A DNA stretch of 63,529 nt, the filler included, from Candidatus Zapsychrus exili (lineage in GTDB: Bacteria > Omnitrophota > Gorgyraeia > Zapsychrales > Zapsychraceae), in the NCBI GenBank assembly GCA_030765585.1. It is 5 parts of 5 records of this genome, joined end to end, with 100 filler letters (N's around TTAATTAATTAA, not from the genome) between each part and the next. Parts side by side here need not be neighbours in the genome. Positions count along the whole stretch, not along the records: positions 31,624 to 45,566 come from JAVCCJ010000094.1; 4 more parts are not named here. One strand, written 5' to 3'. The notes under the pieces were generated by a model. The model did no database searches and was not told the DNA's origin. It worked only from the letters and a program-made list of their open reading frames with translations. Both the position numbers and the translations under genes were made by a program. The first letter of the stretch is position 1, and each line of letters starts with the position of its first letter. Shown one piece after another: positions 31,778-42,361 of the stretch.

Positions 31778-31806
31778 TTGACACCCTAACACATTGTTGT
31801 TACTAT
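31778..31806 (+). promoter_or_regulatory. Sigma70-type promoter for the HU gene
   Basis: TTGACA-N17-TACTAT with TG extension; AGGAG RBS downstream. Confidence 0.75.
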
Positions 31807-31845
31807 ACTTAGCATTAGATTACTCAGCTAACAGGAGAAAAATAA

Positions 31846-32118
31846 ATGACAAAAAAAGACATAGTTTTAAAAATCACTGATAGGATAGGCATCAAGCAAG
31901 TGGATGTCAAAAAGATTGTCCAAAGCACTTTTGATGTTATTATTGAGAGCTTAATGCGTGATGAAAAGGTTGAATTGCGTAATTTTGGAGTATTTAAGAT
32001 AAAAGAAAGAAAAGCGCGTTTTGGACGAAACCCAAGAACTGGCGACAGTGTACCTGTTCCTCCACGCAAAGTTGTTGTTTTTAAGCCTGGCTTAGAAATG
32101 AAGCAGAAAATAAAGTAA
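31846..32118 (+). CDS. HU/IHF-family DNA-binding protein
   Basis: MTKKDIV, VELRNFGVF, GRNPRTG, VFKPG. Confidence 0.96.
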   Translation: MTKKDIVLKITDRIGIKQVDVKKIVQSTFDVIIESLMRDEKVELRNFGVFKIKERKARFGRNPRTGDSVPVPPRKVVVFKPGLEMKQKIK

Positions 32119-32238
32119 TTTTCTTTTATATTTAGCAGAGTATTGTCTTACTAAAGGCATTGCTCTATTTTTATGTATTACTTTAAATATATTAAGAAAA
32201 GTATTTATATTAAAAATAATTATAAAAAGTTTTTAATT

Positions 32239-33498
32239 ATGACAAAAAAGTTCTCAGTCCCAAGAGGCACATCTGATATCCTTCCTGAAGATATAAGTTT
32301 ATGGCAAGAAATTGAAGCCATATCTCGAAATCTTTTAGATATATACAATTATAAAGAAATCCGTACTCCTATTTTTGAAGAAATAGGCCTTTTTAAACGT
32401 TCTTTAGGCCAGACAAGTGATATTGTGAATAAACAATTGCTTCAATTGGCATCAGAAAAGGAAGAAGGCTTTGTTTTAAGGCCAGAGGGTACAGCTTCTG
32501 TTGTTAGGTCATATATTGAAAATGGTTTAGATAGAAAAGATAATTTATCTAAACTTTTTTATTTTGGACAAATGTTTAGGGGTGAGCGTCCTCAAAAAGG
32601 AAGATTGCGCCAATTTAATCAAGTTGGAGTTGAGGCGATAGGTCCTAATACATGCTCCCCATATTTAGATGCAGAAGTAATCTCTTTAAGTGTAACTCTA
32701 TTGGAGGCTTTTGGAGTAAAAGATTATGAACTTAAAATAAATACTTTAGGTACCCTAGAAGACAAAGAAAATTTTTCTAAGATGCTTAAGAATGGGCTTA
32801 AAGACAAGATATCTAATCTTTGCGATGATTGTCGTGATCGTTTTAATCGTAACGTTTTTCGTATTCTAGATTGTAAATCATCAAGATGTCAGGAAGTTGT
32901 TGCTGATTTGAAGGAGGACAATAGTTATTTATCCGAAGAATCTTTACAATACTATAATAAAGTAAAAGAGGCTTTGGATATTTTAGGGGTAAAGTACAAA
33001 GAATGTTCTAATCTTGTCAGAGGTCTTGATTATTATACTCATGTAGTGTTCGAGATTTCTTCTTCTAGCTTAGGAAGCCAAAATGCATTGGGCGCAGGCG
33101 GAAGATATAATAGCTTGGTTAGTCAATTAGGTGGCTCAGCAGTTGATGCGGTAGGTTTTGCTTTAGGCATAGAGAGGATATTGCTTGCAATTGAAGGTAA
33201 AAAGGTCTCTAATATTAAACTGCTAGATTGTTATGTGATTGCATTAGATGAAAGTTTATTCCAGAAGGCATTTGAGATATTAAAAACTCTTAGAGAATCT
33301 GGAATTTCTGCAGATATAAGCTATAAAGCTACGTCTTTAAAGAATCAAATGCGCTATGCAAATAAATCATGCGCTAGAAAAACTATTATATTGGGTCAAG
33401 ATGAATTAGAAAAAGGACTTATCACCTTAAAAGATATGGAAACCGGGGAACAATTGCAATGCTCATTTGAGGAAATTGTAAATAAAATTAAAGAGTAA
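32239..33498 (+). CDS. hisS: Histidine--tRNA ligase
   Basis: PRGTSD, LRPEGTA, FRGERPQKGRLRQF, LVRGLDYY, GGRY. Confidence 0.97.
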   Translation: MTKKFSVPRGTSDILPEDISLWQEIEAISRNLLDIYNYKEIRTPIFEEIGLFKRSLGQTSDIVNKQLLQLASEKEEGFVLRPEGTASVVRSYIENGLDRKDNLSKLFYFGQMFRGERPQKGRLRQFNQVGVEAIGPNTCSPYLDAEVISLSVTLLEAFGVKDYELKINTLGTLEDKENFSKMLKNGLKDKISNLCDDCRDRFNRNVFRILDCKSSRCQEVVADLKEDNSYLSEESLQYYNKVKEALDILGVKYKECSNLVRGLDYYTHVVFEISSSSLGSQNALGAGGRYNSLVSQLGGSAVDAVGFALGIERILLAIEGKKVSNIKLLDCYVIALDESLFQKAFEILKTLRESGISADISYKATSLKNQMRYANKSCARKTIILGQDELEKGLITLKDMETGEQLQCSFEEIVNKIKE

Positions 33499-33521
33499 AA
33501 CAAGAAAGGCATAAAAAAGAA

Positions 33522-34901
33522 ATGTTAAGAACGCACACATGTTCAGGATTAAGAAAAGAAGATAAAGATAAAGAAGCTATTCTATGCGGATGGGTTGGAG
33601 CAAGAAGAAATCATGGTAAACTCATTTTCATTGATATAAGAGATAGATATGGAATAACGCAAGTTGTTTTTGTTCCTTCAGTTAGCAAAGAGGCTCATGA
33701 GTTAGCTCAGAAATTAGGACCTGAATTTGTTATAAAGGTAACAGGTAAAGTAGCTACGAGACCAGATAATATGATTAATTCTGATATACCAACAGGCGAA
33801 GTTGAGCTTTGCGCTGAAGACCTAGAAATACTTAATGAAAGCGAAGTTCCTGTATTTGAAATTGATGATACGGTAGATGTTGGCGAAGAGTTGAGATTGA
33901 CTTATAGATATCTAGATTTAAGAAGAGAAAAGGTTAGAAGCGCACTTGAATTAAGACATAAACTATGTGCAACTATTCATGATTATTTAAATAAAAAAGA
34001 TTTCTTAGAAATTGAAACACCTGTCTTGACAAAGTCAACTCCAGAAGGAGCAAGGGACTTTCTGGTTCCTTCTAGACTTAATCCAGGACAATTTTATGCG
34101 CTACCTCAATCTCCTCAGCTTTTTAAACAAATTTTGATGGTATCAGGAATGGATAAGTATTATCAAATTGTTAAATGTTTTAGAGATGAAGATTTGCGAG
34201 CTGATCGTCAGCCTGAATTTACACAGCTTGATATGGAGATGTCTTTTATCGAAGAGGAAGATATATTTTCTTTAACAGAGGGATTGTTTAAAGAAATATT
34301 TTATCAAATAAAAGGTATAGATATACCGACTCCTTTTCCTCGTATGACACACAAAGAAGCAAAGGACAAGTATAATAGCGACAAGCCAGATTTGCGCAAA
34401 GAAGGCGAAGAGTTTTCGTTTACTTGGATAGTGGATTTTCCAATGTTTAAATACAATGAAGGAGAAAAGCGTTGGGATAGCGAGCATCATCCATTTACAT
34501 CGGTTAAAGAAGAAGATATGGAGAATTTTAATAATGGAAAATATGACAAAGTTCGCGCACGTTCATATGATTTAGTTCTTAATGGAAGTGAAATTGGAAG
34601 CGGATCTGTTCGTATACATAAAAAAGATATGCAAAAAAAGATATTTGATATAATAGGTATTGATGAAAAAGAAGTGGAAGAAAGATTTGGCTTCTTGCTT
34701 AAAGCTTTTCAATATGGAGCTCCACCTCACGCCGGAGTAGCATATGGCATAGATAGACTAGTTGCTATATTAGCAGGATTAGATTCTATAAGAGATACAA
34801 TAGCTTTTCCGAAAACTCAGAAGGGTAGCTGTTTATTGGCTGATGCGCCTTCTGGCATAGATCAAAATCAAATAAAGGAATTAGGCCTTAAAAAGGCATA
34901 A
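33522..34901 (+). CDS. aspS: Aspartate--tRNA ligase, short bacterial type without GAD insertion
   Basis: MLRTHTC, STPEGARDF, LPQSPQLFKQ, FRDEDLRADRQPEFTQLD, YGAPPHAG; 459 aa. Confidence 0.96.
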   Translation: MLRTHTCSGLRKEDKDKEAILCGWVGARRNHGKLIFIDIRDRYGITQVVFVPSVSKEAHELAQKLGPEFVIKVTGKVATRPDNMINSDIPTGEVELCAEDLEILNESEVPVFEIDDTVDVGEELRLTYRYLDLRREKVRSALELRHKLCATIHDYLNKKDFLEIETPVLTKSTPEGARDFLVPSRLNPGQFYALPQSPQLFKQILMVSGMDKYYQIVKCFRDEDLRADRQPEFTQLDMEMSFIEEEDIFSLTEGLFKEIFYQIKGIDIPTPFPRMTHKEAKDKYNSDKPDLRKEGEEFSFTWIVDFPMFKYNEGEKRWDSEHHPFTSVKEEDMENFNNGKYDKVRARSYDLVLNGSEIGSGSVRIHKKDMQKKIFDIIGIDEKEVEERFGFLLKAFQYGAPPHAGVAYGIDRLVAILAGLDSIRDTIAFPKTQKGSCLLADAPSGIDQNQIKELGLKKA

Positions 34902-34917
34902 TTCAAGGAGGAGAAAG

Positions 34918-35520
34918 ATGTATAAGCATTCTATAAAATCACTTATTGTTATTTTAATGATTATTTTTGTAGCAGGATGTGCAACTTCAGGAATTAAAGT
35001 AGAGAGCTATTTTCAGGCAAAGCCTAGAGTAGACCAGAAGCTTGAGGGAAATGCAGGATATTTAGCAGGAACTCCCAAAGTAGAGGAGAATGCGGAGAGA
35101 AAAAAGACTCGCAAGATTTTTGTTGTAGAAGTTACTCAAAATGAGCCATCTTCTAAGACGAAAAGTTATATTGTTAAGAAAAAAGCAAAGACAAATAAAT
35201 CTGTTAAAGCTAAAGAAGAAATTAAAACAATAGAGTCAAAAGTACAAGCTACAGGAGTAGCAGCGTCTACTATGTCTAACATTTCTGCGATAGATAAAAT
35301 AGAACTTGGAGTTGTAGAAGGCAAGGCTGTCCCTGCAGAACCACAAAAACCTGCATTTGTAGAATATAAGGTTGAGAAAGATGATACCCTGCAGAAGATA
35401 TCTGAAAAGTTCTATGGTTCTTTTGGTAAATGGACAAAAATTTATGAGGTTAATAAGGCGTTGATAAAAAACCCTGATCGAATTAAACCAGGTATTACTA
35501 TAAGGATTCCATCACAATAG
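34918..35520 (+). CDS. LysM-domain lipoprotein
   Basis: VAGC lipobox; YKVEKDDTLQKIS.KFYG..W.KIY..N..NPDRIKPG. Confidence 0.9.
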   Translation: MYKHSIKSLIVILMIIFVAGCATSGIKVESYFQAKPRVDQKLEGNAGYLAGTPKVEENAERKKTRKIFVVEVTQNEPSSKTKSYIVKKKAKTNKSVKAKEEIKTIESKVQATGVAASTMSNISAIDKIELGVVEGKAVPAEPQKPAFVEYKVEKDDTLQKISEKFYGSFGKWTKIYEVNKALIKNPDRIKPGITIRIPSQ

Positions 35521-35524
35521 GTTT

Positions 35525-36475
35525 ATGGAAATATCAATTGATTTAAATACAAATAAAGACCTTCAAATTCTTTTTGGAAAGTATGATCAGAATTTAAAAT
35601 TAATTGAGAAAGAATTAAGTATAAAAGTTACTCGAAGTAGTAGTGGTTTGAAACTTTCTGGTCATAAGAGTAATGTTGATAAAGCAGCAGAGTTATTTGA
35701 GTATCTACAGGGACTTTTAGATAATGATTTAGAGATTAAAGCAAGAGACATTATTTATTCTTTAAGGTTGGCTAAACCTGATGAAGGCGTTGATTTTAAA
35801 GAATTAGCTAAAGGAAAGATAGACGTTGCATCTCGTGGAAAGTTGGTTGTCCCAAAAACAAAAGGGCAGATGGAATATGTAGATGCTATTAAGAAAAACG
35901 ATATTGTTTTTGGCGTAGGTCCAGCAGGGACAGGAAAAACATATTTAGCGATGGCGATGGCAGTAAATGCCATGAAAAAGGGTCTTGTTAAGAGAATAAT
36001 ATTGACTAGACCTGCAATTGAAGCTGGTGAAAACTTAGGATTCTTGCCAGGAGATATGATCGAGAAAGTTTCTCCTTACCTTAGGCCGCTTTATGATGCT
36101 CTTTTTGATATGATGGACGCTAATGCTGCAGAAGAATATATAGAACAAGGTACGATAGAAGTAGCACCTTTAGCTTTTATGAGAGGCAGAACTTTAAATG
36201 ATGCTTTTGTTATTTTAGATGAGGCTCAAAATAGCACTCCGTTTCAGATGAAAATGTTTTTAACGCGTCTTGGTTTTGATTCAAAGACAGTTATTACAGG
36301 GGATGTAACGCAAAGCGATCTCCCTAAAGGATTTATGAACGGATTAGTTGATGCTGAGGCAGTACTAAAAGACATAGAGGGAATTAAATTTGTACATTTA
36401 ACTGGCGAAGATGTGGTTCGTCATGAATTAGTTCAAAGAATTGTTGAGGCTTACGGTAATGATAATAGAAATTAA
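35525..36475 (+). CDS. phoH: PhoH-family ATPase
   Basis: GPAGTGKTYLA, LTRPAIEAGENLGFLPG, FMRGRTL, DVVRH. Confidence 0.95.
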   Translation: MEISIDLNTNKDLQILFGKYDQNLKLIEKELSIKVTRSSSGLKLSGHKSNVDKAAELFEYLQGLLDNDLEIKARDIIYSLRLAKPDEGVDFKELAKGKIDVASRGKLVVPKTKGQMEYVDAIKKNDIVFGVGPAGTGKTYLAMAMAVNAMKKGLVKRIILTRPAIEAGENLGFLPGDMIEKVSPYLRPLYDALFDMMDANAAEEYIEQGTIEVAPLAFMRGRTLNDAFVILDEAQNSTPFQMKMFLTRLGFDSKTVITGDVTQSDLPKGFMNGLVDAEAVLKDIEGIKFVHLTGEDVVRHELVQRIVEAYGNDNRN

Positions 36476-37904
36476 AGAAAAACTTAAACAGAGAAATATT
36501 TTTAACATCATAATGTCAGTAGTTGCTATTTTAGGCTCGGCTTTATTCTGTTATTTAGCAGGGTATTCGTTGATCATTCCTTTACTATTTCTTTTTGTAG
36601 GAATTCATCTTAATTTCTTTGGGAAAGCCCATACAAAGATATTTGTTCATTTAGGGCTTTTAGTTGCACTTCTTATTTTTATTACACATGCCATTGGAAC
36701 TTATTGGAACATTTCAGAATATTATATTCCTGTTGCTGGTATTGTAATACTTACGACATTACTGTTTAATGATATTGAGCTTTCTTTTGTGATGGCTTTT
36801 GTAAGTAGTATCGCAGTAAGTATTATTTTAAAAGGTGACTTCGGCATGATGATTACTTTTTTTGTTGGAAGTTTAATTGGAGCATATTCTGTTCGAGGAG
36901 CAAGAACAAGAGGCCAGCTTATTACAGCTGGACTTTTTGTGAGCGCAATTCATGTTGTATGTTTAATTTTGCTTTATCCAGATCTTCAGATTTTATCTAG
37001 CAAAGTATTCTCATCAAATAAAATATATCCGCTTATAGCTAGTGGTTTTATTTCAACTTTCTTCGTTGCAGCAACGCTAAAGGTTTTTGAATATTTATTT
37101 GGAGTTTTGACTAATTATAGTTTATTAGAATTATCCGATTTTAATCAACCTCTGCTTAAGAGGATGATATTAGAGGCCCCAGGGACATATCATCATAGTT
37201 TGGTTGTAAGTAATTTGTCTGAATCTGCTGCTGATGCAATAGACGCTAATTCGCTTTTGACCAGAGTCGGCGCTTATTATCATGATATTGGTAAAATGAT
37301 AAAGCCAGAATATTTTACTGAGAATCAAATGCTTGGCGGAAACAAACATGATAATATCGAGCCTTCAATGAGTCGTTTGGTTATCTTAAATCATGTTAAA
37401 GAGGGAATAGAACTAGCCAAGAAGAATAATTTAAATCAGATGATAATTGATTTTATTTCACAGCATCATGGAACAAGTATGATGTATTATTTTTATCAAA
37501 AGTCACTTGAAACAACAGAAGATAAAGAAAATACAAAGGAAGAGGATTATCGTTATCCAGGTCCAAGACCTCAGAGAAGAGAAACTGCAATTGTTATGTT
37601 GGCAGATTCGGTTGAAGCTGCTGTTCGTTCGCTAGATGAAGCATCGCCTGCCAGGATAGAAGAAACAGTTAAGAAAATTATGAATAACAAGTTTATAGAC
37701 GGTCAGTTAGATGAGTGCAATTTAACTCTTAAAGAAATTGATAAAATTTCATCTACATTTATTCGCATTTTAAGTGCGATGTATCATGGTCGAGCTAAAT
37801 ATCCGGAAAAGAATAATGGAAGTAATAGTAGAAAATCTTCAGAAGAAAATAAATCTAAAACCTCTCCAGATAGTCAAAATCGCAAAAACAATTCTTCGTC
37901 ATGA
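36459..37904 (+). CDS. 7TM-HD (HDIG) phosphohydrolase, PgpH-like
   Basis: Multiple TMs; EAPGTYHHS, YYHDIGK, QHHGT, YPGPRP, MLADSVEAA. Confidence 0.9.
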   Translation: MIIEIKEKLKQRNIFNIIMSVVAILGSALFCYLAGYSLIIPLLFLFVGIHLNFFGKAHTKIFVHLGLLVALLIFITHAIGTYWNISEYYIPVAGIVILTTLLFNDIELSFVMAFVSSIAVSIILKGDFGMMITFFVGSLIGAYSVRGARTRGQLITAGLFVSAIHVVCLILLYPDLQILSSKVFSSNKIYPLIASGFISTFFVAATLKVFEYLFGVLTNYSLLELSDFNQPLLKRMILEAPGTYHHSLVVSNLSESAADAIDANSLLTRVGAYYHDIGKMIKPEYFTENQMLGGNKHDNIEPSMSRLVILNHVKEGIELAKKNNLNQMIIDFISQHHGTSMMYYFYQKSLETTEDKENTKEEDYRYPGPRPQRRETAIVMLADSVEAAVRSLDEASPARIEETVKKIMNNKFIDGQLDECNLTLKEIDKISSTFIRILSAMYHGRAKYPEKNNGSNSRKSSEENKSKTSPDSQNRKNNSSS

Positions 37905-38262
37905 AGGCATAAAGAAGTCAATCGTATCAATTGTTTTTGTTACTAGTCAGAAAATTATAGCATTAAATAAGAAATTTTTGGGCAAGACTTATGCTACTGA
38001 TGTACTAGCTTTTGATTTTAAGGGTGACGCAAAGAATGGGGCCTTAGAGGGAGATATTATCATTTCAACAGATGCAGTTATAAAGAATTCAAAAGAATTT
38101 AAAACAAATGTTGAAGAAGAAATTGCCTTGTACGTTATTCATGGAATATTGCATTTATTGGGTTTTGATGATCATAAGAAGAAAGACACCGAAGTAATGC
38201 GTCTAAAAGAAAAAGAGCTTTTAAAGTGCATTAAGCCTACAATAAAACATTTGGTTAGATAA
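37816..38262 (+). CDS. ybeY: rRNA maturation RNase YbeY
   Basis: TDVLAF, GDIIIS, HGILHLLGFDD. Confidence 0.93.
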   Translation: MEVIVENLQKKINLKPLQIVKIAKTILRHEGIKKSIVSIVFVTSQKIIALNKKFLGKTYATDVLAFDFKGDAKNGALEGDIIISTDAVIKNSKEFKTNVEEEIALYVIHGILHLLGFDDHKKKDTEVMRLKEKELLKCIKPTIKHLVR

Positions 38263-38999
38263 TGATAGTAAAAACCGAAGGAGTAGTTCTTAAGACTTTT
38301 GACTACAGAGAAACAAGCAGAATAGCTAGAATCTTTACTAAAGATTATGGAAAGATTTCAGGTGTTTTAAAAGGCATTAGAAAAGATCCTAGAAAATTTG
38401 GCAGTCATCTTGATAAATTCTCAGTTAATGAAGTTATTTACTATACTTCGAGAAAAACAGACTTGCATCTTATTAGTCAGTGTGACTTAAAGCAGTTTTT
38501 CTTAGCCGTAAGAGGCGATTATAAAAGAAATATAGCGGCAAATTATATTTTAGAGCTTGTTGACTCTATTATGCAGCAAGAGCAAAAGAACTTAAGAGTG
38601 TATAGGCTGATGATAGATTATTTGGCTGAACTTGAAACTGTAAGAGATCAAGATATTGATAAGTTAGTTTATATATTTCAAATTAAAACATTGTTGTTTT
38701 CAGGATTTCGTCCACATATTGATTCGTGCGTTAAATGTCAGAAGAAAATTACAGGCAAGGTTCGTTTTAGTTCAAGATTAGGGGGCTTAGTTTGCTCAAG
38801 CTGCCCAACAAGCGAAACAAGTTTTCAGGTAATATCTAAAGGCACTATATCTTCGATGCTTCATATAGAACAAAGTGATTGGAAGAAAAGCTTAAGATTG
38901 GGGCTTACCAGTCCTGTAAAGAAAGAATTAAAATACGTGTTAAATAATTTTTTAGTTTACCATTTGGAAAAGAAAATAAGATCGGCGAAATATTTATAA
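38262..38999 (+). CDS. recO: DNA repair protein RecO
   Basis: KTEGVVLK..YRETSRI..FTKDYGKI..KGIR; CVKC..CSSC zinc finger. Confidence 0.92.
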   Translation: MIVKTEGVVLKTFDYRETSRIARIFTKDYGKISGVLKGIRKDPRKFGSHLDKFSVNEVIYYTSRKTDLHLISQCDLKQFFLAVRGDYKRNIAANYILELVDSIMQQEQKNLRVYRLMIDYLAELETVRDQDIDKLVYIFQIKTLLFSGFRPHIDSCVKCQKKITGKVRFSSRLGGLVCSSCPTSETSFQVISKGTISSMLHIEQSDWKKSLRLGLTSPVKKELKYVLNNFLVYHLEKKIRSAKYL

Positions 39000-39448
39000 T
39001 GAAAGTAATAATACAAAGAACAAAATATGCAAAAGTAGAGGTAGATCAAAAGGTCGTGGGGGAAATAGAGAGAGGAGCTCTTGTTTTCCTTGGGGTGTCT
39101 TGTGAAGATTCTGTCGACGATGCGGATTATTTAGTAAATAAAATAGTCAATCTTCGCATATTTCAAGATGCTGAAGGTAAAATGAATTTGTCTGGCTTAG
39201 ATGTTAACGCAGAGTTTCTGGTTGTATCTCAATTTACTATTTATGGAAACTGTGACAAAGGAAGACGTCCATCTTTTGATGAAGCCGCTGATCCCAAAAA
39301 AGGCGAAGAATTGTACGATTATTTTGTAGATAAATTGAAAGAGCAGAACGTAAAGGTAGAAACTGGTAAATTTAGAGCAATGATGGATGTGTCTTTGTTA
39401 AATGATGGACCTGTGACTTTTATACTTGAAAGCAAAGATAATGATTGA
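38999..39448 (+). CDS. dtd: D-aminoacyl-tRNA deacylase
   Basis: IQR, VSQFT, GRRPSF, NDGPVT. Confidence 0.96.
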   Translation: MKVIIQRTKYAKVEVDQKVVGEIERGALVFLGVSCEDSVDDADYLVNKIVNLRIFQDAEGKMNLSGLDVNAEFLVVSQFTIYGNCDKGRRPSFDEAADPKKGEELYDYFVDKLKEQNVKVETGKFRAMMDVSLLNDGPVTFILESKDND

Positions 39449-40229
39449 TACTCACGCACATTTAGATCAATTAAAAGATATTGATGATGCTTTGTTAACC
39501 GCAAAGAAAGAAGGAGTCGAGGAAATAGTTGCTGTTAGTATAGATGTTGAATCTTCTAAGAAGAATTTAGAAATAAGTTTAAAAGAGAATGATAATTATC
39601 CAAAAGTTCATTTAGCTTTTGGAGTTCATCCATCAGAAGCCAATGTAGAGAAAATAGATGATTGCATTGAATTGATAAGAGAGCACTCATCTGATTTAAA
39701 AGCTATTGGCGAGATTGGATTGGATTTTTGGTATAAGTGGGTTAAGAAAGATCAACAAAAGAAAGATGAACAAATCCAAGTTTATAGTAAATTGTTGGAA
39801 CTTGCAAAAGAGCTTGATTTGCCTGCGGTAATACATTCTCGTGGGGCGTGGAAACAATGCTTTGAAATAGCAAAAGAGATTAATCTTAAGAAAGTTCTTT
39901 TTCATTGGTATAGTGGACCAATTGATATTTTAGAAGATATTTTAGATTCAAGTTTTTATATATCAGTAACGCCATCTCTTGGTTATAGTCCTCAAGCGCA
40001 AGATGCAGCAAAGCACGCTCCGATGACAAGAATTTTGATCGAGACAGATACTCCGGTTTTTTATAGAAATTTAAATAGTGCAGACAAAGAAGATGGATAT
40101 TCGTCTGAGCCTAAAGATGTTTTTAAAACGCTTGATTTGTTATCTAAAATAAAAGATATAGATCCTCAACAAGCGTCTGTAATTGTAAATAAAAATGCGA
40201 TAGAGTTTTTTAATTTAGGAGAGAATTGA
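39441..40229 (+). CDS. tatD: TatD-family hydrolase
   Basis: IDTHAHL, GVHP, AIGEIGLD, IHSR, ETDTP. Confidence 0.92.
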   Translation: MIDTHAHLDQLKDIDDALLTAKKEGVEEIVAVSIDVESSKKNLEISLKENDNYPKVHLAFGVHPSEANVEKIDDCIELIREHSSDLKAIGEIGLDFWYKWVKKDQQKKDEQIQVYSKLLELAKELDLPAVIHSRGAWKQCFEIAKEINLKKVLFHWYSGPIDILEDILDSSFYISVTPSLGYSPQAQDAAKHAPMTRILIETDTPVFYRNLNSADKEDGYSSEPKDVFKTLDLLSKIKDIDPQQASVIVNKNAIEFFNLGEN

Positions 40230-42313
40230 TGAAAAAAACAATTATTATAGCTGTATGTGCGCTCCTTGTTTTAACTATAGTTGGGATAAGTGTATTTTAT
40301 GTAACCAAACCAAGTTTATCTATAGAAGATGTTTTGCCTAAAGACCCACTTATCTATTTGAAAGTTTCTGATATACAAGGTGCGGCGGTTAAAGTAATAA
40401 CATCAGATCTTTTTAAAAGTGTTATGAATATTGATTATGATATGTTGCTAGACAAAGAAGTTATTACAAAAGAACAAAAGAGCACTTTTGATTCAATTAG
40501 AGAAAAGTCTGCTATATTATCTGAAAATATTATTTTAGCTAGATTACTAGGTAAAGAAGTAGCGATAGCTTTGTATCCTGGTAAATTGGATATTAAATTT
40601 GATGGCAACGTGAATCCAGACGACATCATGAGAATAATAGAAAATTTTGTATCAAATATCTCTATAGCCGTGCACCTTCAGCCAGAAATTAAGTTTTTAG
40701 AATTTATCTCAAAGTTTTCTCTTAATAAAGATGTAAGTCAATTTGAGCAAGAGGTATTGAATTATAAAGAAAAGGAAATTCGTATTATTACAATACCTGA
40801 TAGTGGACTTGAGGTAGGATATGTGGAAATTGGAGATTTATTGATAGTTGGGCTAGGAGATAAATCTGCAAAGGCTGCTGTTGATGTATTTAGAGGCGAT
40901 AAAGGCTCGTTAGACAAAGACTCGAATATTATAGAAGCTAGAAAAAATTACGTAGAGTCTGCCACATTAATTAGTTTATTGAATATAGAAGGTTTAATTT
41001 CTTTAGTTGAAAACAAATCGCAGGAATTCCCGAAGACGACCCAAGAAGTTCAAGGTCAACAAGATAAAACTAGTCAGCTTTTAGATTCTTATTCTGGTTT
41101 CAGATTTGTAACAATATCATCACGTTGGGGAGATATTTCGGAGTTTAAATTTAATGCGCACATAGATAGAGATAAATTTAATAATGTTCCTTTTATGCGT
41201 GCATGTGATTCTTCGGTTAATGGAACCATTGATTTTATACCTACAGAAACTATTGTATATTATTGGGATAATTGTTTAGAGATCGACTATTATTGGCAAG
41301 AAGTAAAACGAGAATTACTTAAATTAAGTAAAGAAGATGCCTCAAATCCAATGGATCAAATAAAAGATTTTGAAAATAAGATGGGCTTGAGTATAGAAGA
41401 AGATATAATAGGTGCTTTCGCAAGTGAAATGGGAGGAGCTCTTTTTGATATAAAGCTTAGCAATATGTTTCCTACGCCTGAATTTATTTTCTTTATTAAG
41501 GTGAAAAATAAAGCAAAAGTTGAAAATTTAATGAACAAGTTATTGGATAAGCCGTTTTTTATGATAAAAGATGAAAGCTATTCTGATATAAATATAAAAT
41601 ATATTAATTCGCCTATTGCTAGTGTGCAGCCAAGTTATTGTTATATAGGCGACTATATGCTTATATCTATAAATAGAGATTTACTTAAAAATTCTATCAA
41701 CGTCTCTGCTGGAGGAGTTGCATCATTGCTTGAAAATAAGAGCTTTAAGGAGATTGATCCTAGTATAGCAGAGGACAGTACATCAATTTCTTTTGGTAAA
41801 ATTGATAAAATTTCTGAAAAGCTAGAAGGTATTATTAATTTTTCTAATCTTTGGCTTGTCGCTAAAGATAATGAACTAAAAGCTTTTAAATCAGGTACAG
41901 AAAAACGTTTAGAAGATGTTGATAAAACAATTGCCTTGATGTCAAAAGAAGTAGGAGAGTTTCAGAAACAAATTGACCTTACAGAAGATAAAATTTGGGA
42001 TTTACAAGCAGAACAGAAAGATATATCTGCTGAGAAAACAAATGAGAATAATGCGATTGAGGCATTAAATAAGAAACAAGGCGACATTGAAGCATCAATA
42101 GAAAAAAGAGAAGAACTCAAAGAAACTTTGCTCATGTATGAGTTATCAGCTAAAGAATCAGAAAAACGTAAGATTATGTTAGATGAAATAGTTTTTCCTA
42201 TTCTTAGGAGCTTTCTTTCTATAGATTCTTTTGGAATGAGAAAGACTTCTATCGGAGACGTTTTTGAAACTAATATTTTTCTAAAAGAAAAAGTATCTAC
42301 AAGTACTCCTTAA
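40229..42313 (+). CDS. Membrane-anchored DUF3352-like protein with coiled-coil insertion
   Basis: N-terminal TM, VLPKD.LIY, LLGKEVAIAL repeat-like architecture; heptad-rich C-terminal part. Confidence 0.55.
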   Translation: MKKTIIIAVCALLVLTIVGISVFYVTKPSLSIEDVLPKDPLIYLKVSDIQGAAVKVITSDLFKSVMNIDYDMLLDKEVITKEQKSTFDSIREKSAILSENIILARLLGKEVAIALYPGKLDIKFDGNVNPDDIMRIIENFVSNISIAVHLQPEIKFLEFISKFSLNKDVSQFEQEVLNYKEKEIRIITIPDSGLEVGYVEIGDLLIVGLGDKSAKAAVDVFRGDKGSLDKDSNIIEARKNYVESATLISLLNIEGLISLVENKSQEFPKTTQEVQGQQDKTSQLLDSYSGFRFVTISSRWGDISEFKFNAHIDRDKFNNVPFMRACDSSVNGTIDFIPTETIVYYWDNCLEIDYYWQEVKRELLKLSKEDASNPMDQIKDFENKMGLSIEEDIIGAFASEMGGALFDIKLSNMFPTPEFIFFIKVKNKAKVENLMNKLLDKPFFMIKDESYSDINIKYINSPIASVQPSYCYIGDYMLISINRDLLKNSINVSAGGVASLLENKSFKEIDPSIAEDSTSISFGKIDKISEKLEGIINFSNLWLVAKDNELKAFKSGTEKRLEDVDKTIALMSKEVGEFQKQIDLTEDKIWDLQAEQKDISAEKTNENNAIEALNKKQGDIEASIEKREELKETLLMYELSAKESEKRKIMLDEIVFPILRSFLSIDSFGMRKTSIGDVFETNIFLKEKVSTSTP

Positions 42314-42361
42314 TTAAACTTAAATAGACACCAAGAATAACTTTATTTAGAATATATAATA

